Positions 26,995 through 39,400 of a stretch of DNA of 64,000 nt are shown here, one piece after another (position 1 is the stretch's first letter; the number at the start of each line of letters is the position of its first letter). The stretch covers positions 29,771,807 to 29,835,806 of the forward strand of contig JAUZTB010000127.1 in NCBI GenBank assembly GCA_034780895.1, given 5' to 3'. The DNA comes from Rhynchobatus australiae (Eukaryota). Below the pieces are notes generated by a model, which searched no databases, had not been told where the DNA came from, and saw only the letters and a program-made list of their open reading frames with translations. The translations under genes and the position numbers were made by a program.

Positions 26995-27730
26995 ATGGAA
27001 AAAGGCCCTTCAGTCCATTGCATCGGTGCCAACCATCATACCATCTTGCCTGCATTAATTCCTTATCCCTCTATGCCCTGCTCATTCAACTACCTGTCTG
27101 TTAGCCTCTTAAAGCTGTTACTGCCTCCACNNNNNNNNNNACCAATTACCCCTCAGGTACCCTTTAAACCTCCTCCCTCTCACCTTAAACAAAGGTCCTC
27201 ATGGAAAACAGACTCTGGCTATCTACCCTATCTATGCCTCTTATAATTCTACATACCTCTATTGCGTCATCTCTCAGCCTCCTTCGCTCGAGGGAGAACA
27301 GTCCCAGCCTATCCAATCTGTCCTTTAACTCAAGCTCTCCAATGCAGGCAACATCCTTATGAATTTTTTCCGCACCCTCTCTAGCTTAATCACATCTTTC
27401 CTGTTGTGTGGTGACCAGAATTGCACGAAATACTCCAAATGTGGTCTAATGAACTTTTTGTACAACAGTAATGTGGCATCCCAACTCTTGTACTCAATGC
27501 CTCAGCCAATGTAGGCAAGCATACCATATGCCTTCTTCACCATCCTGTCTACTTGTGTTGCCTCTTTCAGGGAACTATGTACTTGTACCCCTTGGTCTCT
27601 CTGTTCAATAACCTTTTCTGGACCCTGCCATTCACTGTGTATGTCCTGTCCTGGTTTAACTTCCCAAAATGCATCACTTCACACTTGTCTGAGTTAAATT
27701 GCATCTGCCATTCCTTTGCCCACTTTCCCC
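26995..27730 (-). mobile_element. CR1 LINE 3' fragment
   Basis: gaccagaattgcacgaaatactccaaatgtggtctaa is the reverse complement of the RPHLEY-VQFW region; CR1 3'UTR present. Confidence 0.85.
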
Positions 27731-28517
27731 ATGTTGTGTTGTGCTGCCCTGCCCAATATTAGTAAGGCAGCTGATCTGCCCATGTCTCTCATTGTTCTTT
27801 CTTGCAACTTGGCTGCTGCACTTGACCTTATTAAGACAAGGACGACCCTTGAAAAGTACTTTATTGACTGTAATATTTTGAAATTATGGAAAATACTTCA
27901 TAAATGCGGTCTCGCTTCTGCCTGTAGGATTGCTGCACTCACTCTCTGACCCTGTCAAATGAGAAGAAAATATTAAATGCAGAGTTACTGTTCCAAACCC
28001 ACTGGAAAGGATGGCGTGAGCTCATATTCAAGCACCATGCCAATAAATAAGAATACAAGAAATTGGAGCAGGAATAGGCATTCATCCTCTTGTACCTTCT
28101 CTGCACCATCTCTGCTGATGGGAAGAGTGAGCATTTGAGTGAAGAAGTGAAGGACTGCAGGAGCCCATGGAACTGAGCCAATACAAGTGATGATGGCTTC
28201 ATTTCTTATTTGTTCTGTTTATGTTAGCTCTGATCCAGTGAGATTCTCGGCCATGAACTTGGCTAGTCCAATGCTTTTTCCTTTGAAGTACATAGAGTAA
28301 GTTTCACTTTCCTTGTCCATGGTGGTAAGCTATCAAAATGCATTGCCCACTCGTTGTAGAACAGTTTGCTGTTGAAATCAATATGTGTCTTCGGTGTTAG
28401 CCTGTTGATTCTTGCTGCTGGTTTACTGCCTGGGCAGCAACAGCGAAAATTTACCTCCAAGCCATTAAGTAAATTTAGATTGAATTTTAAGTCACCTTTT
28501 ATCTACATAATTCTCAG

Positions 28518-28709
28518 ATCATGCAGTTGTTGACAAAGGGAAACAGACAACGGACACAAGAACCAACNNNNNNNNNNACCTCATCCCGGTCCCATGCAGT
28601 GCTGCAGGTTACTGTCAAACAGAGGAGTCGAGTAAAAGACATTACAGAGGAAGTCCGAATTGGCCGTCTTTTTATGATTGACCTTGCTGGGTCTGAGAGA
28701 GCATCTCAG
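28518..28709 (+). CDS. KIF19: KIF19-family exon (exon 7 equivalent), switch I and switch II; contains a 10-N gap
   Basis: IMQLLTKGNRQRTQEP[gap]TSSRSHAVLQVTVKQRSRVKDITEEVRIGRLFMIDLAGSERASQ; ctcag/gtaatc boundaries. Confidence 0.95.
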
Positions 28710-29832
28710 GTAATCACGAATCAGCCTACAACTTCCTTGGTTACCTCAGTTTGTTTTTGACATATTTCAAAGTTGCATTGCTGTTGTGTAAATCATTTGG
28801 AAATGTTCAGTCATTTCAAGACACTTTAAAAAAAAAACTATGTATTCTATTGTACTTGTCATTGTCTATTTGACCCTTACTTTCAGTCATTTTGTCTACC
28901 TGTATGGGGGAGAGGTCTGGTGGAAAGTGTTGTTGTTATTGGTGGAGTGGGGAGATGGAAATAAGAGATATTTGATCTACGCCAAGCTCCCAGTAACTAT
29001 TGCATTATTTCTGGGAGAAAGATAATTGCCCACTATTCATTCTGATCTTTGACCTCTGCTCCTCCTGAATGATTTGAATAGATGTTAGTGGAGACCAAGA
29101 GGTAGGAAAGCCACCCATGCTTTTAGCATTCTGATATCAATGATCACCGGGAAACAAGGATGTGGAGGGATGAGCGACATCTCAAACATCTGACGTTCTC
29201 ATGTACTTGATGGCTTCATGAATTCGGCATCGCACGTCACTGGNNNNNNNNNNAATGTGGATAACTTTGCTTGCCAAAAAGGAGGATTGCAGCTTTATTT
29301 CCTAGAGTATCTTTCTTCCTTCCTCTCACTCTACTTGATTAATAATGAATGACTTTGTGGCATTCCATCCTCTTCTATATTTTCGGAATTCTTGAAATGC
29401 ATCTTGAAATGTTGCCTGAGGATGTAAATATACAATGAGTGAAAGAAAGCAAGGAGACCACATACTTTGTGGAGCACAGTAAAATTTCATAGCGATAACA
29501 AATTTTAAGGACAGTTGTCCAACAGCTAAAGATGAAGTGAATCAACGGTGATATTTAAAGATGGAAAGAAAGATGGGAGGTTTTGTTGAGAGTGCTGATG
29601 GGGACTCAAATGTGAAGTGATCAAATTAGTGTTGGTAAAACTGGTTGAGGGTGTGTCATGGAATTGACACTGGGACAGATCTTAATAATGGGAGCAGTTT
29701 TAGGGAGGATACAAATTAGAGGGAAATGAGTAAACATGAGAGTGCTTTCTCCTAATTCCATGTAGCAGCCTTGCACCTAAATAATGAAAGGGGAGCGATG
29801 GAGAAATATCTCATCAATTTTTTTCCCAATAG

Positions 29833-29985
29833 ACTCAGAACACTGGAAAACGGATGAAAGAAGGAGCTCACATTAATCGATCCCTCCTTGCTCTGGGAAA
29901 TTGTATCAATGCACTGAGTGAAAAAGGAGCAAATCGTTCCCAATATGTCAACTTCAGAGATAGTAAACTGACCCGTCTATTAAAG
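29833..29985 (+). CDS. KIF19: KIF19-family exon (exon 8 equivalent)
   Basis: 153 bp, [51 protein letters not shown]; aatag/gtacca boundaries. Confidence 0.96.
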
Positions 29986-30162
29986 GTACCAAGAAGCTTA
30001 CAACTTTAGAATTACAAGCAGTATATGCAAACTTAACACTGACTTCTCACTAGATGATGTGACCCTGATGCAGGAATTTTATCTTGATCCATACTCACAT
30101 AAACTTTGGCCAATCCTACCTGTAGCATTATGTTGCCTCCTTCCCATTTAGTTTTGGACAGT

Positions 30163-31165
30163 GAGACCATAAGATATAGTGGCAGAATTAGACCATTTGG
30201 CCCATCAAGTCCGCTCTGCAATTCAATCATGGTTGATTCTTTTAACCCCATTCTCCCACTTTCTCCTCGTAACCCTTAACCCCCTTACCAATCAAGAACC
30301 TATCAATCTCTGCCTAAAATGCACCCAATAACGGCCTCCATAGCCTTCTGTGGCCACAAATTCCACAGATTCATCATCCTCTGGCTGAAGAAATTCCTCC
30401 TCATCTCAGTTTTAAAGGGATGTCCCTTTATTCTAAGGCTATGGCCTCAGATCCTAGACTCTCCTACTAATGGAAATATCCTTTCCATGTCCAAACTAAC
30501 CAGGCCTCTCAGTATCCGGTAGGTTTCAGTGCGAGGGGGGGGGGGGGGGGNNNNNNNNNNNNNNNNNNNNNNNNNNNNNNNNNNNNNNNNNNNNNNNNNN
30601 NNNNNNNNNNNNNNNNNNNNNNNNNNNNNNNNNNNNNNNNNNNNNNNNNNNNNNNNNNNNNNNNNNNNNNNNNNNNNNNNNNNNNNNNNNNNNNNNNNNN
30701 NNNNNNNNNNNNNNNNNNNNNNNNNNNNNNNNNNNNNNNNNNNNNNNNNNNNNNNNNNNNNNNNNNNNNNNNNNNNNNNNNNNNNNNNNNNNNNNNNNNN
30801 NNNNNNNNNNNNNNNNNNNNNNNNNNNNNNNNNNNNNNNNNNNNNNNNNNNNNNNNNNNNNNNNNNNNNNNNNNNNNNNNNNNTTTCTGAATTTTCTCCC
30901 TCTTTAGAAAATAGTGTACACTTTTATTCTTCCTCCCAACATGCATAACCCTACACTTCCCCACGCTGTATTTCATCTGCCACTGCTTTGGACCCTTATT
31001 CCTCTTTTGCACTATTTATTTACTTTTGTAACTTATATTAATTTTTATGTCTTGCACTGTACTGCTACCACAAAGCAACAAATTTCATGACATATGTCAG
31101 TGATGATAAACCTGATTCTGACTCTCTCAAGCTGTCCAAGTTCTTCTGTGGACTCCCTGCAACGC
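30163..31165 (-). mobile_element. CR1 LINE 3' part with gap and a nested insertion
   Basis: WQMKYSVGKCRVMHVGRKN motif; 3'UTR nearly identical to 50278-50640. Confidence 0.88.
30991..31125 (+). mobile_element. Rex/Babar-like retroposon 3' tail nested in CR1
   Basis: cttgcactgtactgct...aatttcatgacatatgtcagtgatgataaacctgattctgactct; the CR1 sequence resumes immediately after it. Confidence 0.65.
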
Positions 31166-31481
31166 CCCCCTTCAGTTTCATGTGAACAAAATAAATTCGC
31201 CAATGGAAAATGGGGTCATTTGTGAAAGTAAGTATAATTCTTGCAGCTGAGGTTATCCAGTTATAATAAGTAGAATTAGAAGAAGAAGGATGGATCAGCT
31301 GCTGAACTCTGTCCAGTTGTTCAAACTGCCCAGCTGTTTATTCATGCCAGGTACGGTACTCATGAAATGTACCTCCTGTAACTTAACACTGGATGTCAAC
31401 TCTGGCTTTTTACATAATTCTTGTGTTCACTATCGATGGATTGCATTTAAGTAAAGAATAATTTTCTTTGTTTTATTGCAG

Positions 31482-31604
31482 GATTCATTGGGTGGAAACA
31501 GCAGAACAGTCATGATTGCTCACATCAGCCCTGCCAGTAGCTCGTTTGAGGAGTCCAGGAATACCTTGATATATGCAGACCGTGCTAAAAATATTAAAAC
31601 CAGG
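31482..31604 (+). CDS. KIF19: KIF19-family exon (exon 9 equivalent), motor C-terminus
   Basis: 123 bp, [41 protein letters not shown]; ttgcag/gtatga boundaries. Confidence 0.96.
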
Positions 31605-32317
31605 GTATGAGGGAAGAAGGATAAACCAAATCCTACTCTTTTAGCTGTGATTTAGCTGTAGAGGTGATCGCATGTGGAGAATAATGTTCTCACAGCTGTT
31701 GTTCTATCTGGCCATTACAAGAGGGATGGGAGTGTGAGTGTGCTTGTGGTGTAGAGTGGGATTCCGCACACCTAATTTTCCATTACTAGGACTCTCTTGT
31801 TAAGAAATTGGATTGCACAGTGGACAAAGAATGTGGTGCTATACAAATGGATTAGTGCAAAAAATGAAAGTTAAAGAGATCAAATCAAAGATATTCCATG
31901 CATTGAGCGAGAGGTCCACCAGACAGGCACACGTAAACAGACTTTCAATCAACAGGCCATTTTTGTTGTGACAGGTGAGTGTCAGGAGGCTATTTGGTTG
32001 GAGTAGACTCACAGCCAAGTGCATCTATTGCTCATACATAGAGGCTACTAGAGAGTGAGAAATGCAGGATACCTATCTCAGCACTGCAGAAACTCTGTTA
32101 CAACCTCATATATCTGAACTGGCACACTCACAATTTGATATTGTATGATTGTCATTCTTCAGCGAGATTAAGGGGAGCAATAAAATAGTCCACTCTAATT
32201 AAGATTGAAACCTAACTGAAAACTTTTCTACAAGCCATGTTCTTTATTAATAATGTATGGAGACCTGTCTGTGCTTATGTAGGATCTTTATTCAAGTTAG
32301 AACACAACGTTAATGGA

Positions 32318-32625
32318 ATACTTTTGAAGCATTGTCACTATTGTGACTGAGGGAAACATGACAAACTATCTTAGCAGAGCAAGATCCCACAATAGGTCAT
32401 GATAATGACCAAGTAACATGATGTACTACTGTTAGCTGAGCATTAATGCCAGAGAGAACTTCCTCATTCTCCATCAAATTGCTATGATCATCTGAGTGTG
32501 CAGACAGTTCTCCACTTAACACCTTACCCGAAAGATGTTATCTTTGACAATGCAGCACTCCCTCGCGACTGTAGTAAAGTGTAAGACTAGGTTTTGTTCT
32601 CAAGCTTTTGGAGTGAGTCTTGAGA
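32318..32625 (-). mobile_element. DeuSINE-type SINE
   Basis: gcaagatcccacaa...gataatgacc...gacaatgcagcactccctc...ggagtgagtcttga; reverse complement of the 53461 copy. Confidence 0.7.
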
Positions 32626-32964
32626 TTATTTTGGACAGCACAAACCTTGTATTTTAGTGGAGGCAAAAGAAATTTGAGAAAATAGAAAACGTTGAAAGTT
32701 CATAGCCATGGTAACAGCATCTAAGGAAGAATAATTAGGTAACATGACAACTGTTCATTACTAATAGGCACTACAGTTGAGTAGATAGCATCATTGTCAT
32801 TTCTTCATGTTAGCAGGTACACATTGTTCTGGCACAATGTACTCCAGGTTCCAGCTAATGCAATTTCCCTTGCAGATGTCAATCAGCCCACATTGTCTCA
32901 GCTTATTTCTGGCTGTGTTTCCTTTATTTTGCATGTTTTTAATTGCAGAATTATTGCACTTCAG

Positions 32965-33121
32965 GTGAAGCAAAATCTGCTGAATATCTCATACCACATT
33001 ACTCAGTACACCAACATCATAGCTGATCTCAAGAAAGAGATTGAGCGACTCAAACTGAAGATTGACCAGCAGGGACCAGAACAGAGAAAATCAGAAAAGG
33101 CCAATATCAGGGATATTCAAG
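32965..33121 (+). CDS. KIF19: KIF19-family exon (exon 10 equivalent), neck and coiled coil
   Basis: 157 bp, VKQNLLNISYHITQYTNIIADLKKEIERLKLKIDQQGPEQRKSEKANIRDIQ; ttcag/gtaggt; phase-1 end. Confidence 0.95.
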
Positions 33122-35964
33122 GTAGGTTAGGGTATTCAGATGGCCTAAGATTCTGTGTGATCAGGAGAANNNNNNNNNNNNNNNNNNNNNNNNNNNNNNN
33201 NNNNNNNNNNNNNNNNNNNNNNATAATAGTATTTCTTAATGGTTGCTTCAATTTTGTAAGCAGTTTGTGATTTGAAAATGGGTGATCCTCACTGTTTTTT
33301 CACTCTGATTTATTCTAAAGTGAAATGTGATAATGACTAGTCCAGGGTTTTTACATGTCACTCTGGAAATCGGATGGGCAACTTCAGGGTGAGAGTCAAT
33401 CTGATCTGACTAATTCTGCATGTGGGGAAAATTAGGCAAAGTTATTCTGGGAAAGAGCCTGTTGTACACCATATACTCCTGACACAACCATGTTTTAGTA
33501 ATGCAGCATTGGTTTGGGACCCCATAGCTAAACCCTCTGATCTTTTCGTCCCATCAATTAACCAAGGCCCAGACCCCTCCCAATTCCTCCAAGGGTCCCT
33601 GTATTTTCCTGATTCCCGCAGCTGTTGTTTGGGACCCCCCTACTGAGGTCCATGTCACTAATTCACAACACCTCACCCCAGCCATTTAGGCAATCATTAG
33701 CTCAAATCACAGACCCCAATCATTCAAAACTCTCACCTTGACATGAACCCTGATCCTTCCAGACTCACCCCTTGACTTTAAGCTCCAATCCATCCAGACT
33801 CTCCTTGGCTGCTGGTCCCAAACCTACCTGATTATGCCTCTTGCACAAGCTTGACCAACCCTTGAAGGGCTCTGAACCCTTAAACAATCCTGTCCCAGAT
33901 CTAAGGCCCTGATCATCATTCTCCAACCCTCAACTGTCTTTCTTGCATCACCGAACCCCAACTCCTGTCCTGGGGAGTATATTTTTGAACTGCTGCGCGT
34001 GATTAAAATTTGCCATCAGGGCCCCAGGCCATTGGAGCTCTTCTACTATTTTGTTCCATTTTGTGCCTGTTGTAAAATAAGATGAGGAAAAACGTCCTTT
34101 TTTTTCTGGTCTTGGTGTGGAGCCAGAAATTTCCAACCACCTGCCATTCTGCAGTGAAACAATATCTTCTAATTGACCCCATTCATAGCAATTCAACCTT
34201 GTTAAAGGGACACTGAGCAGCAGAATAATTACCCAATATAAAGTTCTGCCTTTATAAAACAGCGTATCCTTTGACTTGCCATGAACAGTGCCATATAAGT
34301 GTTGAAAATGCGATACTCTTCCATCTGGCGCATGTCACATTTCCTTGTTCAATAATTTAATAATAAAGTAAATACCTACCACATTTTATAATTGCCTCAC
34401 ATTTCTCAGTTGAGAAGTGCTTCAATATTTAGTTCACTGACTTTTGAGCAGCTCCTTCCATAACATAAATTGAGCTGGATCTTATAACTTCACAAGAGAT
34501 CTGTTGTATATCAGTTATCTCTGATGTCAAAGTTGCTTCCCCTGTCATAGATTCCCCTACCAACAGTTTATTTCTCTCCACACTGTCAATTCCTTCCAAA
34601 AATCATGGAACCTCAATAAAATACCATTTTGTATTCCAAGGGATGCATCAATAAATTTTGTAATTTCTCCTTTTAATTTAATTGTTAGAACCTTGGTAAT
34701 ATTCTGCTAATGCTACAATAAAGTCTTTCCGCGTCCAAGATATATCCTTTCTATGATGTGGAGTTCAGACCCATACAAATTAATCCAACTGTGATGTAGC
34801 CAGGGCTTTTTAATAGCTTTGCCTTATTGGTTACCTGAATTGAATCATCCAATGACTAGCGTACAGTGATATACAGAGAAAGATCAGGAAAGTTTGATCA
34901 ATTTGGATCATTCTTTCATGATCTGGCATAGGTGCAATGGGCCATATTCTGCTGTGAGTCAGGTTGGCTTAGTGGTGATCCGCAGCGCTTTCCAATTGTG
35001 TGGGCATCCTTGGCTTAAGTATCAGACCACTCATAGTTATCAGCTCAATCCTAATGATGCTTGCCATCTGAGGTGACAGCATTACAGTCACTTTCGGTAT
35101 TTACAGAAAGAATCAGTCAATTCCCATATTATGTCAGTGATTTGTTCTAGGCTGCTCAGATAAGCATTGTACTAAAATCATATTAGGTTCTGACAGATTC
35201 AGCCTGCATAATTTTCCAAGCTAAATGGTTGGCAATGTTCAGTGGCAGCAGACGATTTAAAAATGTTAACATTCAGATTGCACTAACAAGTTAAAGTCTT
35301 CTTTTAAATAATAACAGCAGGGTNNNNNNNNNNATATTTACTTCTGCTTCTTTCTATTTGCTAAGGACATTTCGACTTACTCTTTCTCCATGCCCTTCCT
35401 ATGTGTTGTTCTCCTCCAGTCCTTGGGTTTCAATCCTTGGATACCTAAAAGAACCTCTGGGTTGACATGGAATAAGTTCAAGTGGTCTGGTCCCACTTTT
35501 CGTTATGAGAATAGACCAGGAAATGAGGCACCTCTTAACAAGTCAACCCTAAACTGGCAATCTTACTGTGCAAAAGCTAGTAGTCGTTTCCTGTGGTGAA
35601 CTGTAAGGGTAATATGGAAAGAATTCTAAATAACATCTGATCCCTATAGGGAACCAGAGAATGCTCACTGTGCACTCAATGTACATTGTGGAAAATTGCT
35701 TTATTACCCAATGCTGGGAAGCCTCATTCTGATTTGTAAATTCTTTGGAAAAATCTGGAAAGCAGTTTTCCTCGTTGAACCCCTACTGAGAGAAGCAACA
35801 ATGCAGGGTTGCCCGTGAGCAGTTCCCCAGATTATTCCCGCCCAGGGTATTTGGTTTACACCGGTGCCAAAATGCCGAAAATTGACTGCTGCTCAATATT
35901 GAAATCATAGATTGATGCTGCTTTGTTATTTAATGAAATTCTGGGATGCACAATCCTGTAACCC

Positions 35965-36150
35965 CCCCCTCCGCACTTATACAAGGGAAAATTTACAATA
36001 GCCGATTAACCTACCAGCCAACACATCTTTGGTATTTGGGAGGAAACCAGAGCACCCTGGGAAAACCATGGGTCACAGGGAGAATGTACAAACTCCACAC
36101 AGACAGCGCTGGAGCTCAGGATCGAATCAGGGTCACTGGCGTTGTGCAAG
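35965..36150 (-). mobile_element. V-SINE (HE1-like) fragment
   Basis: gggaggaaaccagagcaccctgggaaaacc...ggtcacagggagaatgtacaaactccacacagac...ggatcgaatc (V-domain and B-box on minus strand). Confidence 0.8.
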
Positions 36151-36314
36151 TCTGGGAGATTTTCACCTCATCTGACAACTCTCACAACTGAAAAAGTAAT
36201 GGAGTTGAAAAGAACTGGGGAGGATATTCAATGGAACAAAAAGAACAGAACTGGGAAAAACTGCAAAGGGGGAAATAGTTTTGCTTATTAAGTCATTTTG
36301 TGATGTGCTTTCAG

Positions 36315-36489
36315 CTGAAGTCCAGCAGCACTCGGTGGAATACAAGCGAGGGGAAATGGGCAGACTGAGGGATCAATTGATGGTTGCTTTTAGACAACAA
36401 ATGGAGATCCGTCACAACCTCATGGAGCTTGAAAATACCAACATGGAGCTTCACATTGACACCTCAAGACATTTGCTAACCATAGCTGA
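36315..36489 (+). CDS. KIF19: KIF19-family exon (exon 11 equivalent)
   Basis: 175 bp, (A)EVQQHSVEYKRGEMGRLRDQLMVAFRQQMEIRHNLMELENTNMELHIDTSRHLLTIA; DTSRHLLTIA matches KIF19; gtgagt donor. Confidence 0.95.
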
Positions 36490-39400
36490 GTGAGTTCCAC
36501 TGACATCTTAATAATATCATAAAGACTTAAATTGTGCCAATGGTTTTAATTTCACAGCACATTAACAAATAATGTGTTTATTTATCTTGTATGATTAGTG
36601 ATCTTATGTGTATGACATAACCAAGTTAAATGATCCTATCCCACTGCTGATTTTCCTATTGGCTGGGAGGCCCACTGGAAGATAAACCACTAAATATCAT
36701 TAGGCTATTTAGTTGTAGGAGCCTGTTGCGCTATTCAATAAGATCTTTGCTGATTGATGATTAACTCCATACATCTGTCTTCTCTCAATATCTTTTAAAC
36801 TTTTAATTAACAAACACTGCCTCCACCTTTTATCTCTGTTGTCTTTGATAGCAGAAACTGTGGGATGACCCTTCAAAAAAAGGGCACGTGTAGCTGCTGC
36901 CTTCTCTACCTCTTCTTCCCGAGGCATACAAAATGGCAGGTGCTGAGTGTTCAAATCCTTTATGTTATCTGCTGTGTTTGCTGCATGGAGTCCCGTACTC
37001 CAGCTTATCACCACTAAGCAGCTTTAAAGCTCTCCTAAACCATATAGCTTCACACAAAGTCCATGATGGAGCTTTTATTCTTTTGAGTTTCATTTTATGT
37101 CTGAGTGACATTAGGGCTGTGAGAACAATCTGTGACGATGACTAACTTCCAGTCAAAAGCTCAGCTATGTTTCAAACCCACAGAAAGCTGTGCCTGCTGA
37201 TTGGGATAATTTTGCTGTCAATATGGAAGATGAATTGAAAGTGCATTATTCCCCTGCAGTGGAAGTCTTCGACGAGCTGCGTGGGCAGCTTATTTAGCAG
37301 GAAGGCAGTTGAAGTCACAGCAGCAGAAACCTCAACCCACAGTGTACGCTGATTATGATTACACAGTCTTTTTCAAGAGTGCTGTTTCTGCCTCTATTCA
37401 AACATTGTTGCTGTTGCTTTCCTGATTATTTCAGTTCTAAAACTGAATCTGTATTTTTCAGGAAATAACATTTTACCTGCAAATCAAGTGGAACATTAGT
37501 TCCACGATGTCCATTACCTTCAACATGACATGTTTATAAAAAAATGGTAAAAATTTATTTTGGGTACTGCCTCTAAATTGATGTTACAAAATTGGTTGCC
37601 TGTAATCTTGCTTGATTTCAATGCAGTGATAATCTAATGGTGTGTCATGGCCAAGTGAAGCAATGTTACTTGTATTGCCTTACTGTCCAGAATGAATTTC
37701 TACCCCAGAAAGAGTTAAAAATTATTTGCATTCTTTGTCTGAAGGTCACACGCAGAACAGAAAACAAGTCCTTTTGTCTATGAACATCAGGAATTTAGAG
37801 GGTATTAGTTGGTGCCTGTCATCCAATTTTCTTGCATTTTAAAGTTGTCTTGTTGGAGCAATAGCCTTGCTTCTCCGTACATTTGCCCTGTGATCTGCCT
37901 ACTGCCTCTCCTCTTGCTCTTCCCTTGTGGGCAGAACCTTCAGCATCTTCCTGACATACTCTGAAGCTCCTCACTAAACCCCTTGTTGTTTATCTCTTCT
38001 TCACCCCCTTAGCACCAACCTCATACCAAGAGCTCCACAGCAACACCCATTGTCTGCTCAGGGACAACCGTAACTAGAAAATCCCTCAATGCTCTTTTCT
38101 AAATAGGCTAACTAAATGCAACCACAAGCCATTCTAATTAAAAAATGACACCAAAATAAAGGTTTATTTTTTCCCCTTAAAAAAAGGCGTAAAATAATGT
38201 ACAGAACTTCATGAAATCCTGTTCAAGATTAATCTTTAAATTAACCAACAAAGGTATTTAACAATGTTTTGATTTCATATGGATTTAGGTTGGAAGTATA
38301 TTTTACTATTTGCAATATATATCATAGACTTATACAGCCAACTGAATGAATAGATATGTGTGATACACCATGCATTGTTTGAAATTGACTGAAGATTCAG
38401 TTACAATGAAGCAAACCAGCAGATTTNNNNNNNNNNAAATAAGACTTGTAGGAATCGAAATTGGTGATATCAGGAGAACTTCCCTTAATTTGTAATGGTG
38501 CAGGAGGGTTCTCGTTTAAAGTCTTACAGAGGTTTACAGTGAAGCGAAACTGCAGTTTCTAAAGATTGAGCCAACCTTTTGCCAGCTTTGCCTTTATTTT
38601 CTGCTTTAACCTTTTATCCAGTTTTCCCTTTTAAAGATGTAGTGTTCTTTGCTTCACCCATCCACTGAGATATTGCCTGTCTTGGACTAACCCTTATCCC
38701 TGGCCCAGGCCACAACTCTACAGCACTGGGGAGTGGTCTACCTTGGGATCCTTTCCATGTCAAGATCAGAGTAAATGTTGGCACTATGTAGCATGTGTTT
38801 GGTGTACCAGAAGAAGGTGAATTTCAATTACGATGCACATCATTTTGTAACTTTTACAATTATCTCAAATGACTGAGAGCCTCTTCTGAAAGAGCGTTTT
38901 GGTGTTTTTGATGTAGAATAGTGTACCTGTCTATGTACCACTATATTATGTAGGGGGAAGTGTGCATGCTTTAAGAAAATGGAGGCCTACTTGCTTGTTG
39001 GGATTTCAGGAGGTAAAGAAACACCGTCAAAGTTGCACTTTTCCAATGCTTGTTTCGAAAACACAGTTTTGACTCTTGAACCATGCTTACATCTATGTGA
39101 TTAGAAATATGCAATGCAGGGATAAGGGCAGGAAGCACTTCTTCACACATAAAGAATTAAAATTTTGGAACTCTTTATTGAAAAGATTTTGAGTTTAACT
39201 CAATTGATTTTTTTAAAAAATTGAGATGAAGCTAAACACACTGGTGATAGGATATGGACCCTGCCTTATTCTAAGAATGGGTTCAAAGGGCTTAATAGCC
39301 TATTGTTACTATGTGATCTAACACATAAGTGGCTTAGTCTATTTTGTGCAGCTTTTTTAGTGTTCTGCATCTGCCAAGCAATGCAGGCAGGTGAATTGGG

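Noticed and set aside
32702-32716. RFX X-box-like atagccatggtaac (KIF19 is a ciliary gene)
   Set aside because: Only one good half-site, deep in an intron, and the promoter is not identified.
33500-33970. C-rich quasi-repetitive tract (also about 10980-11110 and 62440-62640)
   Set aside because: No definable period or conserved repeat-spacer structure; low-complexity decayed repeat, not a CRISPR-like array.
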